A DNA stretch of 64,000 bases, taken from assembly GCA_963706595.1 (NCBI GenBank), contig OY970166.1, positions 4,896,001-4,960,000 of the forward strand, read 5' to 3'. Numbering within the stretch: the first letter of the stretch is position 1; each line of letters opens with the position of its first letter. Below the pieces are notes generated by a model. It saw nothing but the letters and a program-made list of their open reading frames with translations, made no database searches and had not been told where the DNA came from. Positions 9,922-20,104 of this stretch are shown piece by piece. A program made the translations under genes and the position numbers. The stretch is from an uncultured cyanobacterium (GTDB taxonomy: Bacteria; Cyanobacteriota; Cyanobacteriia; Cyanobacteriales; Nostocaceae).

Positions 9922-11223
9922 TTAACTACGCTTATAAACCAACTCCATCCTCAACTTCTCAACCTCCATTTTCAACCTTTCATTCTCCATCATCAACCTG
10001 CCATTCTCCTCTCGAATCACCTCAACTTCATTCCTCTTACTCAAAGCCTGATTAATCGCCAACTTCCGCATATCCAGAGAGAACCAACGCTGATAAGTTT
10101 CCGTATGCACTTGCACACTATGCCCCAAATTATCCGCCGCCGCTTTAATTGGTATACCTAAAATATGCGCCCGAATCGCCCAAGCGTGACGTAAATCATA
10201 AGGCTTAAAATCCAAACCAATTTTACGAAACCACCAACTAACCCGTTGAGTTAAAGCCGTTATTTCAGCATGATTAGTATTATCTTTCTTACTAATTGCA
10301 GTTGCCAACATCTCTAAATATTTAGGATTTCTTAAATCAAATTCCGAAATCCATTGTTTATATAAAGGTAAAGCTTCCCTTTCCCCCGTTTTACAATCTT
10401 TATGGACTTTCCATGTTAAATCTGCATTCTCTTGACTTAACCACCAATCAATATTAGGATTAATAAATAATTCCCGTGGACGTAAACCGAAAACTGCTAA
10501 CATTCCATAAGTCCAGCGCCAAAGCTGCCAGCTATCTTTAACATTTTGGTTAACTTGATTACCCCTGTTAGTTAAATAATTCTCAAACTTAATAATTCCT
10601 GCGAATATTTCAGCATCTGTCGGTATATTCCGGGGATTATTCTCCGGGATTTTAGAATATTGAGATAAATCAATTTCAATTTTAAACGTCTGACAAAAAG
10701 CTGATATAGCTCTCGCAGCATTATATTTTGCCCATTCTTTATCAATTTTTTCAATTGAAATGATTAAATTTTCAGGTGTTGCTAAATCTTGAGCATCAGT
10801 AAATCGCTTGGTGCGGGAAAAATAATAAAAAAAAGTATGTTCGCTTTTCGTTGTGCGCTGATGAGTTTTAAAATACTCCGCTTCAAATTGTGCTAGTAAC
10901 TCACCTATAGTTTTACATTCTTTTGTAATCGCATCATTACCTAAATATTTATCATTCCATTCAAAAGATTTACGAGCAATTAACTTGCCTAATTCATAAG
11001 CTTCTTCCTCAGCCGTCTTGAGTCCATCCAAGTTAGCAGGAATATTCAAGCTGAGATTATATTGCTTTTTCCCCGTTCCTCTGGTGTCCTTGTCTCCAGG
11101 TTTAATTGGTAACGTCGCCCGTAATTGCAGACTTCCATTTGATGCTCTCACGGTTACTCTTGCTTTTGCAGACTTCAAACGCAGATTTACTTGCTCTAAC
11201 TCTAATAGTAATTTTGTGATCAT
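9922..11223 (-). CDS. xisA: nifD element excisase, tyrosine recombinase XisA
   Basis: LQLRATLP, FGLRPRE, YDLRHAWA, LGHS...H..TY catalytic motifs; located at the nifK-proximal end of the element. Confidence 0.97.
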   Translation of the reverse strand: MITKLLLELEQVNLRLKSAKARVTVRASNGSLQLRATLPIKPGDKDTRGTGKKQYNLSLNIPANLDGLKTAEEEAYELGKLIARKSFEWNDKYLGNDAITKECKTIGELLAQFEAEYFKTHQRTTKSEHTFFYYFSRTKRFTDAQDLATPENLIISIEKIDKEWAKYNAARAISAFCQTFKIEIDLSQYSKIPENNPRNIPTDAEIFAGIIKFENYLTNRGNQVNQNVKDSWQLWRWTYGMLAVFGLRPRELFINPNIDWWLSQENADLTWKVHKDCKTGEREALPLYKQWISEFDLRNPKYLEMLATAISKKDNTNHAEITALTQRVSWWFRKIGLDFKPYDLRHAWAIRAHILGIPIKAAADNLGHSVQVHTETYQRWFSLDMRKLAINQALSKRNEVEVIREENGRLMMENERLKMEVEKLRMELVYKRS

Positions 11224-11324
11224 CTGTTCTCTTTGCTGGTGTGCTTGCAGACTTCAACCAAGAAAACTGCTGTCGGTAGATGAAAATGATTAGACTTGGA
11301 AACCCCGCCAAATTGAGGCTCTGT

Positions 11325-11535
11325 CTCCCCTCTTTGCTTGCGGGGCTAAGGTATACACACAAGTCCAAAAACCTTTCATTTTGTAGGGTGCGTTATGGAC
11401 TTTAGTCCTAACGCACCGAAGTTTAGGATGGTGCGTTGCGCTACGCGACAACACACCCTACAAAAAAAGATTTGGGGTAATTCAGTCATTTGTGTGTACA
11501 CAGTAGGTTTGCACAGAAGGGGTTGGGTGTGGGGT
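11325..11535. repeat. nested repeat insertion (GC-rich palindrome > TACACACA inverted repeat > REP pair) in the ancestral xisA 5' end
   Basis: CTAAGGTATACACACAAGT 11346-11364 / ATTTGTGTGTACACAGTAG 11488-11506 enclose the REP pair 11383-11461. Confidence 0.7.
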
Positions 11536-11624
11536 GCATTGTGGCGTAACTAATTAACCGAACTTGTCTTCACCCTGATTATGCATCGCTATGATTTAGC
11601 CTATATTTAGCCTAAAAATAAATT

Positions 11625-11671
11625 TGTGATCAGCGAACAATGTTTATCACTGACACTGCTTACTGCAAACA
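11625..11671. promoter_or_regulatory. three tandem TGT-N9-ACA type sites upstream of xisA (NtcA-binding region)
   Basis: TGTgatcagcgaACA, TGTttatcactgACA, TGCttactgcaaACA at a 16-bp period; triple NtcA (VF1/BifA) sites are known upstream of xisA in PCC 7120. Confidence 0.75.
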
Positions 11672-11703
11672 TTCAGATATTCAAAACTATTAAAGCATAA
11701 CAA

Positions 11704-11714
11704 GGAATACTCCG
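11704..11714 (+). repeat. nifD element right recombination site GGAATACTCCG
   Basis: 10/11 match to the left site; followed directly by Nif[10 protein letters not shown]. Confidence 0.95.
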
Positions 11715-11857
11715 GTCCTTATCACGGTTATGATGGCTTCGCTATCTTCGCTCGTGATATGGATTTGGCACTCAACAGCCCAACTTGGGCATTAATTGGC
11801 GCTCCCTGGAACAAGAAAGCTCAAGCTAAGAAGGCTAAGGCTAAAGCAACAGCTTAG
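11714..11857 (+). CDS. nifD: nitrogenase MoFe alpha chain, 3' segment
   Basis: [25 protein letters not shown]...ATA* (47 aa); not in the ORF track. Confidence 0.96.
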   Translation, partial: GPYHGYDGFAIFARDMDLALNSPTWALIGAPWNKKAQAKKAKAKATA

Positions 11858-11886
11858 GGAAATGGCGAAGGGATAAGTAGGGATAG

Positions 11887-11996
11887 CCTGGGGTTTTAGC
11901 CCCAGGGGGGAGTCGGGAATTCAAGGTTCAAAATTCAAAAATTAAAAGTTTCTTTTGATTTTTGCATTCTGAGTTTTGAGTCAGATTCCCACTCCC
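11887..11996 (+). other. stem-loop structures in the nifD-nifK spacer
   Basis: CCTGGGG/CCCCAGG hairpin, then GGGAGTCGGGAAT/ATTCCCACTCCC enclosing heptamer repeats. Confidence 0.45.
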
Positions 11997-12052
11997 ACCA
12001 CAGAATTCCTCAAAAAGTAACGAACGACTTCAGTAAGCTTGGAGATGTAGAA

Positions 12053-13588
12053 ATGCCTCAAAATCCAGAAAATATTCAAGACCACGTTGAGTTATTCCAC
12101 CAACCAGAATACCAACAACTATTCCAAAACAAAAAGGAATTTGAAAACGGTCACGACCCCGCAGAAGTTACACGGGTTGCAGAATGGACCAAAGGTTGGG
12201 AATATCGTGAAAAGAACTTCGCTCGTGAAGCTTTAACAGTTAACCCAGCTAAAGGTTGTCAACCTTTAGGCGCAATCTTTGCGGCTGTTGGTTTTGAAGG
12301 CACAATGCCTTTCGTTCAAGGTTCTCAAGGTTGCGTTGCTTACTTCCGTACCCACTTAACCCGTCACTACAAAGAACCATTCTCTGGTGTGTCTTCTTCA
12401 ATGACTGAAGATGCGGCGGTGTTCGGTGGTTTGCAAAACATGATTGACGGTTTGGCGAACTCTTACCAACTGTACAAGCCTAAAATGATTGCTGTCTGCA
12501 CCACCTGTATGGCAGAAGTAATTGGTGATGACTTACAGTCATTCATCAACAACGCTAAAGAAGCTGGTTCAGTTCCTCAAGATTTCCCAGTACCTTACGC
12601 TCACACTCCTAGCTTTGTGGGTTCCCACATCACTGGTTACGACAACATGATGAAGGGGATTCTTTCTAACCTGACCGCAGGTAAGAAGAAAGCTACCAGC
12701 AACGGCAAAATCAACTTCATCCCAGGTTTTGATACTTATGTAGGCAACAACCGGGAAATCAAACGCATTTCTTCCTTGTTCGGCTTTGACTACACCATTC
12801 TTGCTGACAACAGCGACTATTTAGATTCACCCAACACAGGTGAGTTTGATATGTATCCAGGTGGTACAAAGTTAGAAGATGCAGCAGATTCAATTAATGC
12901 TAAAGCTACAATTGCTCTGCAAGCATATTCTACCACCAAAACCCGTGAATACATTGAAAAAGAGTGGAAGCAACCCACTGTAGTTTCCCGTCCTTGGGGT
13001 ATCAAGGGTACTGATGAGTTCTTGATGAAACTCAGTGAACTAAGTGGTATAGCCATTCCCGAAGAACTAGAAATTGACCGGGGACGTGCAGTTGATGCCA
13101 TGACTGACTCTCATTCATGGGTTCACGGTAAGCGCTTTGCTATCTTTGGTGAGCCAGATTTAGTAATCAGCGTAGTTGGCTTTATGTTGGAAATGGGTGC
13201 TGAACCTGTCCACATCCTAGTTAACAACTCCAACGAAGTATTTGAAAAAGAACTTCAAGCTTTACTAGATTCTAGTCCTTTTGGTCAAGGCGCAACCATC
13301 TGGGGCGGTAAAGACCTATGGCATATGCGTTCCTTGTTGTTCACCGAACCCGTAGACTTGCTCATCGGTAACTCCTACGGTAAGTACCTATGGCGCGATT
13401 GTAAGGTTCCCTTCGTTAGAATTGGCTATCCGATCATGGATCGCCACCACTTACACCGCTACAGCACCATTGGCTACCAAGGTGTGATCAACTTGCTCAA
13501 CTGGATTGTTAATACAATCTTTGAGGACATTGACCGCAACACCAATATTCCTTCTAAGACTGATATTTCTTACGACTTGATTCGTTAA
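12053..13588 (+). CDS. nifK: nitrogenase MoFe beta chain
   Basis: [32 protein letters not shown]. Confidence 0.99.
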   Translation: MPQNPENIQDHVELFHQPEYQQLFQNKKEFENGHDPAEVTRVAEWTKGWEYREKNFAREALTVNPAKGCQPLGAIFAAVGFEGTMPFVQGSQGCVAYFRTHLTRHYKEPFSGVSSSMTEDAAVFGGLQNMIDGLANSYQLYKPKMIAVCTTCMAEVIGDDLQSFINNAKEAGSVPQDFPVPYAHTPSFVGSHITGYDNMMKGILSNLTAGKKKATSNGKINFIPGFDTYVGNNREIKRISSLFGFDYTILADNSDYLDSPNTGEFDMYPGGTKLEDAADSINAKATIALQAYSTTKTREYIEKEWKQPTVVSRPWGIKGTDEFLMKLSELSGIAIPEELEIDRGRAVDAMTDSHSWVHGKRFAIFGEPDLVISVVGFMLEMGAEPVHILVNNSNEVFEKELQALLDSSPFGQGATIWGGKDLWHMRSLLFTEPVDLLIGNSYGKYLWRDCKVPFVRIGYPIMDRHHLHRYSTIGYQGVINLLNWIVNTIFEDIDRNTNIPSKTDISYDLIR

Positions 13589-13773
13589 GAATTGGTTACG
13601 CAGCGTGCTAATTAGGTAAGTCAGGGGAATAGGGAGTAGGGAGAGACGCGATGAATCGCGTCTGTACAAGAAATTGGGAAAGAAAGAGTTTTCCTAATAT
13701 CTGATACTGAATCTTCCATCCCAATCCCCAACTTACCTTCCTTTTTTTCTCGCATTTACCTGAGATATCTATT

Positions 13774-14103
13774 ATGGAAAGTATCAATCACACTCACTCT
13801 CATCCTACTTACCATCCACCTAACAATAAAAAATCAGGCTGGTTTTCTAATCTTCTTAATCCTGTGCGTAGTTGGCTGGATGGAATGCCAGTTAAAAACT
13901 CTCGCCTTGCTCATGTAATTTGTCAAGTAATTCCTTGCTGTTGTCCTTTTGAACGCAGTATTAGTTTATTTGGGCGAACTCTTCATATTCCCCCCCTGTG
14001 TAAACTCAATCCCTTCTATGACGAGTTTGTGGGAATGCGTTTTCGGGCTTTGTCTTATCTTGCTGATGAGTGTGGAGAAGATATCACGAAATATATTTGT
14101 TAG
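13774..14103 (+). CDS. Mo-dependent nitrogenase C-terminal domain protein
   Basis: IP..CPFER...HIPPLCKLNP.Y...RFRAL.YL motif; nifK-nifE position. Confidence 0.85.
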   Translation: MESINHTHSHPTYHPPNNKKSGWFSNLLNPVRSWLDGMPVKNSRLAHVICQVIPCCCPFERSISLFGRTLHIPPLCKLNPFYDEFVGMRFRALSYLADECGEDITKYIC

Positions 14104-14293
14104 ATACTTAGCTCCATTTAGGACTCATTAAGCAGCTTGCAAAAGTCAATTTTATGAGTAATCAACCCCAGATTTACGCTGATTAATTATCTGGTGTAAA
14201 TGTGGAATAAAGAAGATTTTTGCAGTCAGCCTATTACTCAATGAATAGGCTAATAACTGATATTAACACTGTCGATCCAGCAAGAGAAGAGAC

Positions 14294-15673
14294 ATGAAAA
14301 ATACCCAAGGTAAAATCAACGAGTTGCTCAGTGAATCAGGATGTGAACACAATCAGCACAAGCAGGGAGAGAAGAAAAACAAATCTTGCACCCAACAAGC
14401 ACAACCAGGCGCAGCTCAAGGTGGTTGTGCTTTTGATGGTGCAATGATTGCTCTTGTACCTATTACTGATGCAGCTCATTTAGTCCACGGGCCGATCGCC
14501 TGTGCTGGTAATTCTTGGGGTAGTCGTGGTAGTCTCTCCTCTGGGCCTTTACTCTACAAAACGGGCTTTACTACCGATTTGACTGAGAATGATGTGATTT
14601 TCGGGGGTGAAAAAAAGCTCTATCAGGCAATTCTGCAACTGAGCGATCGCTACAAGCCACCAGCAATTTTCGTCTATGCTACTTGTGTAACAGCGCTGAT
14701 TGGCGATGATATGGATGCTGTGTGCAAGGCTGCAACTGAGAAAACTGGTATTCCTGTGATTCCGGTGATTGCTCCGGGCTTTATTGGTAGTAAAAACTTG
14801 GGGAACCGCTTTGGTGGTGAAGCTTTGCTGGAATATGTAGTTGGTACAGCAGAACCAGAAACAACTACGCCTTATGATATTAACTTGATAGGCGAATACA
14901 ACATCGCCGGTGAAATGTGGGGAGTCACTCCACTGTTAGAAAAATTAGGCATTCGGGTTTTATCTAAAATTACGGGTGATGCTCGTTTCAATGATATTCG
15001 TTATGCCCATCGTGCCAAGCTGAATGTGATGATCTGCTCACGCGCTTTGCTGAATATGGCGAGAAAAATGGAGGAACGCTACAACATTCCTTACATTGAA
15101 GAGTCTTTCTATGGCATTGATGATATGAATCGTTGTCTACGAAATATTGCAGCTAAGTTGGGTGACGCTGATTTGCAGGAACGCACAGAAAAGCTGATTG
15201 CTGAAGAAACTGCGGCTCTTGATTTGGCTTTGGCTCCCTATCGCGCTCGACTTAAAGGTAAACGAGTTGTCTTGTATACCGGCGGTGTTAAGAGTTGGTC
15301 GATTATCTCGGCGGCTAAGGATTTAGGTATTGAAGTTGTTGCTACCAGTACGAGAAAAAGCACTGAGGAAGATAAAGCCCGGATTAAGAAGTTGATTGGT
15401 AATGATGGCATCATGATGGAGAAGGGTAATGCTCAGGAGTTGTTACGGCTGGTGAAGGAAACTGGCGCTGATATGTTAATTGCTGGTGGTCGTAACCAAT
15501 ATACTGCTCTGAAGGCACGGATTCCTTTTCTGGATATTAACCAAGAACGCCACCATCCTTATGCTGGTTATTCGGGGATGGTTGAGATGGCACGGGAATT
15601 GTATGAGGCTCTTTATAGTCCTATTTGGGAGCAAATACGCAAGCCTGCTCCTTGGGAAGAGTTGGAGGGATGA
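14294..15673 (+). CDS. nifE: FeMo-co scaffold NifE
   Basis: [19 protein letters not shown] motifs. Confidence 0.98.
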   Translation: MKNTQGKINELLSESGCEHNQHKQGEKKNKSCTQQAQPGAAQGGCAFDGAMIALVPITDAAHLVHGPIACAGNSWGSRGSLSSGPLLYKTGFTTDLTENDVIFGGEKKLYQAILQLSDRYKPPAIFVYATCVTALIGDDMDAVCKAATEKTGIPVIPVIAPGFIGSKNLGNRFGGEALLEYVVGTAEPETTTPYDINLIGEYNIAGEMWGVTPLLEKLGIRVLSKITGDARFNDIRYAHRAKLNVMICSRALLNMARKMEERYNIPYIEESFYGIDDMNRCLRNIAAKLGDADLQERTEKLIAEETAALDLALAPYRARLKGKRVVLYTGGVKSWSIISAAKDLGIEVVATSTRKSTEEDKARIKKLIGNDGIMMEKGNAQELLRLVKETGADMLIAGGRNQYTALKARIPFLDINQERHHPYAGYSGMVEMARELYEALYSPIWEQIRKPAPWEELEG

Positions 15674-15691
15674 TTTGGCTGATTTTCTCCC

Positions 15692-15810
15692 GAAGATGCG
15701 ATGAATCCGCAGAAGAAGACGCGATGAATCCGCAGAAGAAGATGCGATGAATCCGCAGAAGAAGATGCGATGAATCCGCAGAAGAAGACGCGATGAATCG
15801 CGTCTCTACA
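15692..15810 (+). repeat. 23-bp tandem repeat x4 ending in a complete palindrome
   Basis: GAAGAYGCGATGAATCCGCAGAA at 15692, 15715, 15738, 15761, then AGACGCGATGAATCGCGTCTCTAC. Confidence 0.9.
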
Positions 15811-15846
15811 AGATCCTTCCAATGAATGCAATTTGGTATTAATATA

Positions 15847-17175
15847 ATGGCGATTGTTAATCTTCCTAATAAACCACTGACTGTTAATCCTCTGAAGCAA
15901 AGCCAGGCTTTGGGTGCATCTTTAGCCTTTTTGGGGTTGAAGGGGATGATTCCTCTGTTCCACGGTTCCCAAGGTTGTACTGCTTTCGCTAAGGTTGTGC
16001 TTGTACGGCATTTTCGGGAAGCTATTCCCCTAGCCACTACAGCCATGACTGAAGTTTCTACTATTTTGGGTGGCGAAGAAAATGTGGAACAGGCTATTCT
16101 GACTCTGGTGGAAAAGGTGCAGCCGGAAATTATTGGTCTATGTAGTACGGGGCTAACGGAAACTAGAGGAGATGATCTGGAACGTTTTCTTCAGGATATC
16201 CGCGATCGCCATCCGGAATTAGATTATTTACCGATTGTATTTGCTCCTACTCCAGATTTCAAGGGAGCGCTGCAAGATGGTTTTGCGGCGGCTGTGGAAA
16301 GTATCGTCAGGGAAATTCCCAAGGCTGGTGGAATTAGAACTGAACAGGTGACGATTTTGGCGGGTTCTTCTCTGACTCCAGGGGATTTGCAGGAAATCAA
16401 GGAAATGGTGACTGCTTTTGGATTAGTACCAATTATTGTCCCTGATCTTGGTGCTTCCCTTGATGGTCATTTAGAAGATGGCTATAGTTCGGTTACAGCT
16501 AGTGGCACAACTATAAAACAGCTACGAGACATAGGTAGTTCCGCCTTTACTATCGCTTTGGGCGAAAGTATGCGAAATGCCGCCAAAATTCTGGAGGAGC
16601 GCTTTAACATCCCTTACGAGGTGTTTGGTGAACTGACTGGATTGGATGCTGTGGATGAGTTTTTGCAAGCATTGGCGATTCTGAGTAGTAATAGCGTTCC
16701 CGAAAAATACCGTCGCCAACGTCGCCAGCTACAAGATGCGATGCTTGATAGTCATTTTTACTTTGGTGCAAAGCGAGTGTCTTTGGCGTTGGAACCTGAT
16801 TTGTTATGGTCAACGGTGAACTTTTTGCAATCGATGGGGACTCAAATTCATGCAGTGGTGACGACGACGCGATCGCCTCTGTTGGAAAAACTCCCGGTTA
16901 AAAGTGTCACCATCGGCGACTTAGATGACTTTGAGCAACTAGCAGCAGGTTCTGATTTACTCATTGGTAATTCTAACGTAGGTGCGATCGCTAAACGTCT
17001 CTCGATGCCTTTTTATCGTCTAGGTATTCCCATTTATGACCGTTTAGGTAATGGATACTTCACGAAAGTGGGATATCGAGGCACAATGGAGCTTTTATTT
17101 GGCATCGGTAATCTATTTTTAGAAGCCGAAGAAGAGAGAGTTAAACATTTATGGGAATTGGTGTCTGAGGAATAA
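15847..17175 (+). CDS. nifN: FeMo-co scaffold NifN
   Basis: NPLKQSQALGA, HGSQGCTAF motifs; start MAIVNLP. Confidence 0.97.
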   Translation: MAIVNLPNKPLTVNPLKQSQALGASLAFLGLKGMIPLFHGSQGCTAFAKVVLVRHFREAIPLATTAMTEVSTILGGEENVEQAILTLVEKVQPEIIGLCSTGLTETRGDDLERFLQDIRDRHPELDYLPIVFAPTPDFKGALQDGFAAAVESIVREIPKAGGIRTEQVTILAGSSLTPGDLQEIKEMVTAFGLVPIIVPDLGASLDGHLEDGYSSVTASGTTIKQLRDIGSSAFTIALGESMRNAAKILEERFNIPYEVFGELTGLDAVDEFLQALAILSSNSVPEKYRRQRRQLQDAMLDSHFYFGAKRVSLALEPDLLWSTVNFLQSMGTQIHAVVTTTRSPLLEKLPVKSVTIGDLDDFEQLAAGSDLLIGNSNVGAIAKRLSMPFYRLGIPIYDRLGNGYFTKVGYRGTMELLFGIGNLFLEAEEERVKHLWELVSEE

Positions 17176-17322
17176 GAATTTGTTTCACGCAAAGGCGCAA
17201 AGGCGCAAAGGTAAGAAGAAAAAGAAGGGTGATTTTGGCATTTTTATACTCTGATTCACCAAGACAGAATCAATTTCTTCTTCAATACCTAATACCTCCA
17301 AAACGCAAATCAGGAAAACACA

Positions 17323-17712
17323 ATGAAAATAGCCTTTACCACAAGTGACCGAATTCATATTAATGCTCACTTCGGATGGGCGAGAGAAATTGATGTTTAT
17401 GAAATCTCCGACCAGGGATATGAATTTCTCGAAACGCTGAAATTTGACGGTGACTTAAAAGAAGATGGTAATGAAGATAAAATCAATCCTAAGCTTGATG
17501 CTTTAGTTGATTGTACCATCGTTTATGTCACAGCAATTGGTGGTAGCGCCGCAGCCCGATTAATTAAAAAAGGCGTTACCCCAGTCAAAGCTAAATCAGA
17601 GGAAGAGGAAATTAGTGATGTCCTCAATAAACTCGTGAAAACCCTCAAAGGTAATCCTCCACCTTGGTTGCGTAAAGCTTTAAGACAAACTACTCCAAAC
17701 TTTGCAGATTAA
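17323..17712 (+). CDS. nifX: NifX
   Basis: MKIAFTT...NAHFG, IGGSAAA, PPPWLRK. Confidence 0.96.
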   Translation: MKIAFTTSDRIHINAHFGWAREIDVYEISDQGYEFLETLKFDGDLKEDGNEDKINPKLDALVDCTIVYVTAIGGSAAARLIKKGVTPVKAKSEEEEISDVLNKLVKTLKGNPPPWLRKALRQTTPNFAD

Positions 17713-17732
17713 TTTGAAGTTGAAGCAACAGT

Positions 17733-18209
17733 ATGAGTACAAACAATAATCTGAACGGAAGCACCGATACAGTAGTCTTGAATTCCCCTTTCCTCAAGAC
17801 ATTAGTCCAACAAATTCGGGGACAAGATAGCTATGGAGTTTATCGTAATTGGTCTGATGAATTAATCCTCAAACCCTTCATTGTCACCAAACAAAAGAAA
17901 CGCGAAATTTCCATTGAAGGTGAAGTTGACGCAATTACTCAAGCGCGGATTATGGCATTTTTCCGGGCTGTAGCGGCTGCTATGGAAAAGGAAACAGGTC
18001 TAATTTCTCAGGTTGTCATTGACTTGAGCCATGAAGGATTCGGCTGGGCGCTGGTTTTTTCTGGTCGTCTTTTGCTAGCTGTAAAAACCTTGCGTGACGC
18101 TCATCGCTTCGGTTTTGACTCAATGGAAAAATTAGCAGAAGAGGGCGAAAACTATGTCAAAAAAGGTGTTGATTTAGCCAAGAGATTCTCCGAAGTAGGC
18201 AACCTTTAA
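17733..18209 (+). CDS. NifX-associated protein (DUF269)
   Basis: HEGFG, LRDAHRFGF motifs; synteny. Confidence 0.9.
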   Translation: MSTNNNLNGSTDTVVLNSPFLKTLVQQIRGQDSYGVYRNWSDELILKPFIVTKQKKREISIEGEVDAITQARIMAFFRAVAAAMEKETGLISQVVIDLSHEGFGWALVFSGRLLLAVKTLRDAHRFGFDSMEKLAEEGENYVKKGVDLAKRFSEVGNL

Positions 18210-18231
18210 GACTACCTAAAAACTTAAATTA

Positions 18232-18402
18232 GGGACTTCCAAATAAAAAAAATGCCCAATCACCTAACGAAAAAACCTCACTTCGACAAGCTCAGTGACC
18301 ACTCAGACCCTCATAACTCTGTGTCCTCTGTGCCTGGAGTGGTATGCGCTTCGCGCACGCTGCGCGAACGTTTCTTAGGATAATTTATTTCGAGTAAGTC
18401 CC
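18232..18402. mobile_element. MITE-like element
   Basis: Imperfect TIR GGGACTTCCAAATAAA / TTTATTTCGAGTAAGTCCC flanked by TA. Confidence 0.55.
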
Positions 18403-18413
18403 TAATCTTAGTG

Positions 18414-18550
18414 CAGTACGGTTCAGTTAAGAAAATTGTAGGTTGGGTAGAACGAAGTGAAACCCAACATTTCCATGACTTTGTTGGGTTGCGCTGGGCT
18501 TAACCCAACCTACGTAGACGTTGATTTTTAGGCTTAACTGAACTGTATTG
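18414..18550. mobile_element. MITE (Nezha-like), 137 bp, enclosing an inverted GTAG REP pair
   Basis: 18-bp TIR CAGTACGGTTCAGTTAAG / CTTAACTGAACTGTATTG; perfect 10-bp target duplication AATCTTAGTG at 18404-18413 and 18551-18560. Confidence 0.88.
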
Positions 18551-18592
18551 AATCTTAGTGTTGTTGTGCAAATTAATAATTAGGAGTAATGA

Positions 18593-18811
18593 ATGGCGCA
18601 AGTCAGCGAAACAAATATTGAAGAAATCAAAACCAAGATTAAGCGGCTGAATAGTAAAGCTGGTCAAATGAAGATGGATCTGCATGATTTAGCAGAAGGT
18701 CTACCCACAGATTACAAAACTCTGATGGATGTAGCGGCTGCAACTTATAAAATCTATCAACAGCTAGATGAGCTTAAGCAACAGCTAAAAACAATGGAGA
18801 AGGCTCAATGA
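18593..18811 (+). CDS. Rop-like nif protein (DUF683/CCE_0567 family)
   Basis: KMDLHDLAEGLP motif; upstream of nifW. Confidence 0.9.
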   Translation: MAQVSETNIEEIKTKIKRLNSKAGQMKMDLHDLAEGLPTDYKTLMDVAAATYKIYQQLDELKQQLKTMEKAQ

Positions 18812-19125
18812 CTGGAACTATGAATCAATTCAAAAAGCTTGTAGATGCAGAAGAATTTTTTCAGTTCTTCAATCTGCCCTACGACAAAGAAAATGTGAAT
18901 GTCAATCGTCTGCATATTTTGAAGAAGTTTTCGCAATTTATGGCAGAAGTTGATGATAATGCTCATGGTTTAACTTCAGCAGAAATACTCCAGCAATATT
19001 CGTTAGCTTTGCAAAAAGCTCATGATCTTTTCTTGGAATCAACAGCTTACGAAGAAAAGCTGTTCAAAGTGTTTAATGACAAGCCGAAGAATGTAGTTAC
19101 GCTGACAGAAATCACTTCTGATTAG
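18808..19125 (+). CDS. nifW: NifW
   Basis: AEEFF.FF.LPYD...VNRLHILKKF, KLFKVF. Confidence 0.95.
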   Translation: MTGTMNQFKKLVDAEEFFQFFNLPYDKENVNVNRLHILKKFSQFMAEVDDNAHGLTSAEILQQYSLALQKAHDLFLESTAYEEKLFKVFNDKPKNVVTLTEITSD

Positions 19126-19135
19126 GAGGTAAAAA

Positions 19136-19936
19136 TTGATCAACCTAACGCCTACCGAATTAGAACGCTATAGTCGCCAAATGATGCTCCCAAATTTTGG
19201 CGAACTAGCTCAGAAACGCCTGAAGTCAGCGACAGTTTTAGTTACAGGTGTGGGGGGATTAGGCGGTACGGCGGCGCTTTACTTAGCAGTAGCGGGCGTT
19301 GGGCGACTAATCCTAGTCCGGGGTGGTGACTTGCGATTGGATGACATGAACCGTCAGATTTTAATGACGGATGATTGGGTAGGTAAACCCAGGGTTTTCA
19401 AAGCTAAAGAAACTCTGGAAGCTATCAATCCTGATATCAAGGTTGATGTAGTTCATGATTATGTCACTGCTGAAAATGTAGACTCCTTAGTGCAATCGGC
19501 TGATATGGCGCTGGATTGCGCCCATAATTTTACGGAACGCAACTTGCTGAATGCAGCTTGTGTACGTTGGCGTAAACCGATGGTGGAGGCTGCTATGGAC
19601 GGGATGGAGGCTTATCTGACTACAATTATTCCCGGTGTGACTCCTTGTTTATCCTGTCTGTTTCCAGAAAAGCCTGATTGGGATAGACGTGCTTTTTCCG
19701 TTCTGGGTGCTGTATCTGGGACACTAGCTTGTCTAACAGCCTTGGAGGCGATTAAGTTGATCACTGGGTTCAGTCAACCTCTGTTATCGCAGTTATTAAC
19801 AATTGACTTGAATCGGATGGAATTTGCCAAGCGCCGTTCTCAACGCGATCGCGCTTGTCCCGTATGTGGTAACACCGCGCCCTGGAGATACGGACAACCT
19901 CCATCCCTGGAACCTACAACCAATTGTACAAAGTAG
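19136..19936 (+). CDS. hesA: HesA (ThiF/MoeB family)
   Basis: RYSRQ, GVGGLG, CxxC pairs; synteny. Confidence 0.95.
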   Translation: MINLTPTELERYSRQMMLPNFGELAQKRLKSATVLVTGVGGLGGTAALYLAVAGVGRLILVRGGDLRLDDMNRQILMTDDWVGKPRVFKAKETLEAINPDIKVDVVHDYVTAENVDSLVQSADMALDCAHNFTERNLLNAACVRWRKPMVEAAMDGMEAYLTTIIPGVTPCLSCLFPEKPDWDRRAFSVLGAVSGTLACLTALEAIKLITGFSQPLLSQLLTIDLNRMEFAKRRSQRDRACPVCGNTAPWRYGQPPSLEPTTNCTK

Positions 19937-19953
19937 TCATTAGTCAATCAATT

Positions 19954-20020
19954 TTAGATTTTAGATTTTGGATTTTGGATTAAACTGCAATCTAAAATCG
20001 CAAATTCAAAATCAAAAATT
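19954..20020. repeat. heptamer STRR repeats in inverted arrangement
   Basis: (TTTTRGA)n followed by (AAATCNA)n-like copies. Confidence 0.7.
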
Positions 20021-20104
20021 CTTTGGTTATTAGTTATTAGACAACTGACAAAATACCCTCACCTGCATTCAACAAAAATTCATCGCAACACATCAGGAGA
20101 CGTA

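Larger units (their letters stand above)
5691..11714. mobile_element. nifD excision element (6024 bp), XisA-dependent, excised in heterocysts
   Basis: Bounded by GGATTACTCCG/GGAATACTCCG; carries xisA; removal restores the nifD frame. Confidence 0.96.

Noticed and set aside
11102..11368. 88-aa ORF upstream of xisA as a separate gene
   Set aside because: Out-of-frame reading across the repeat insertion and the xisA 5' end
15692..15810. CRISPR or guide-RNA array
   Set aside because: Contiguous 23-bp tandem units with no spacers
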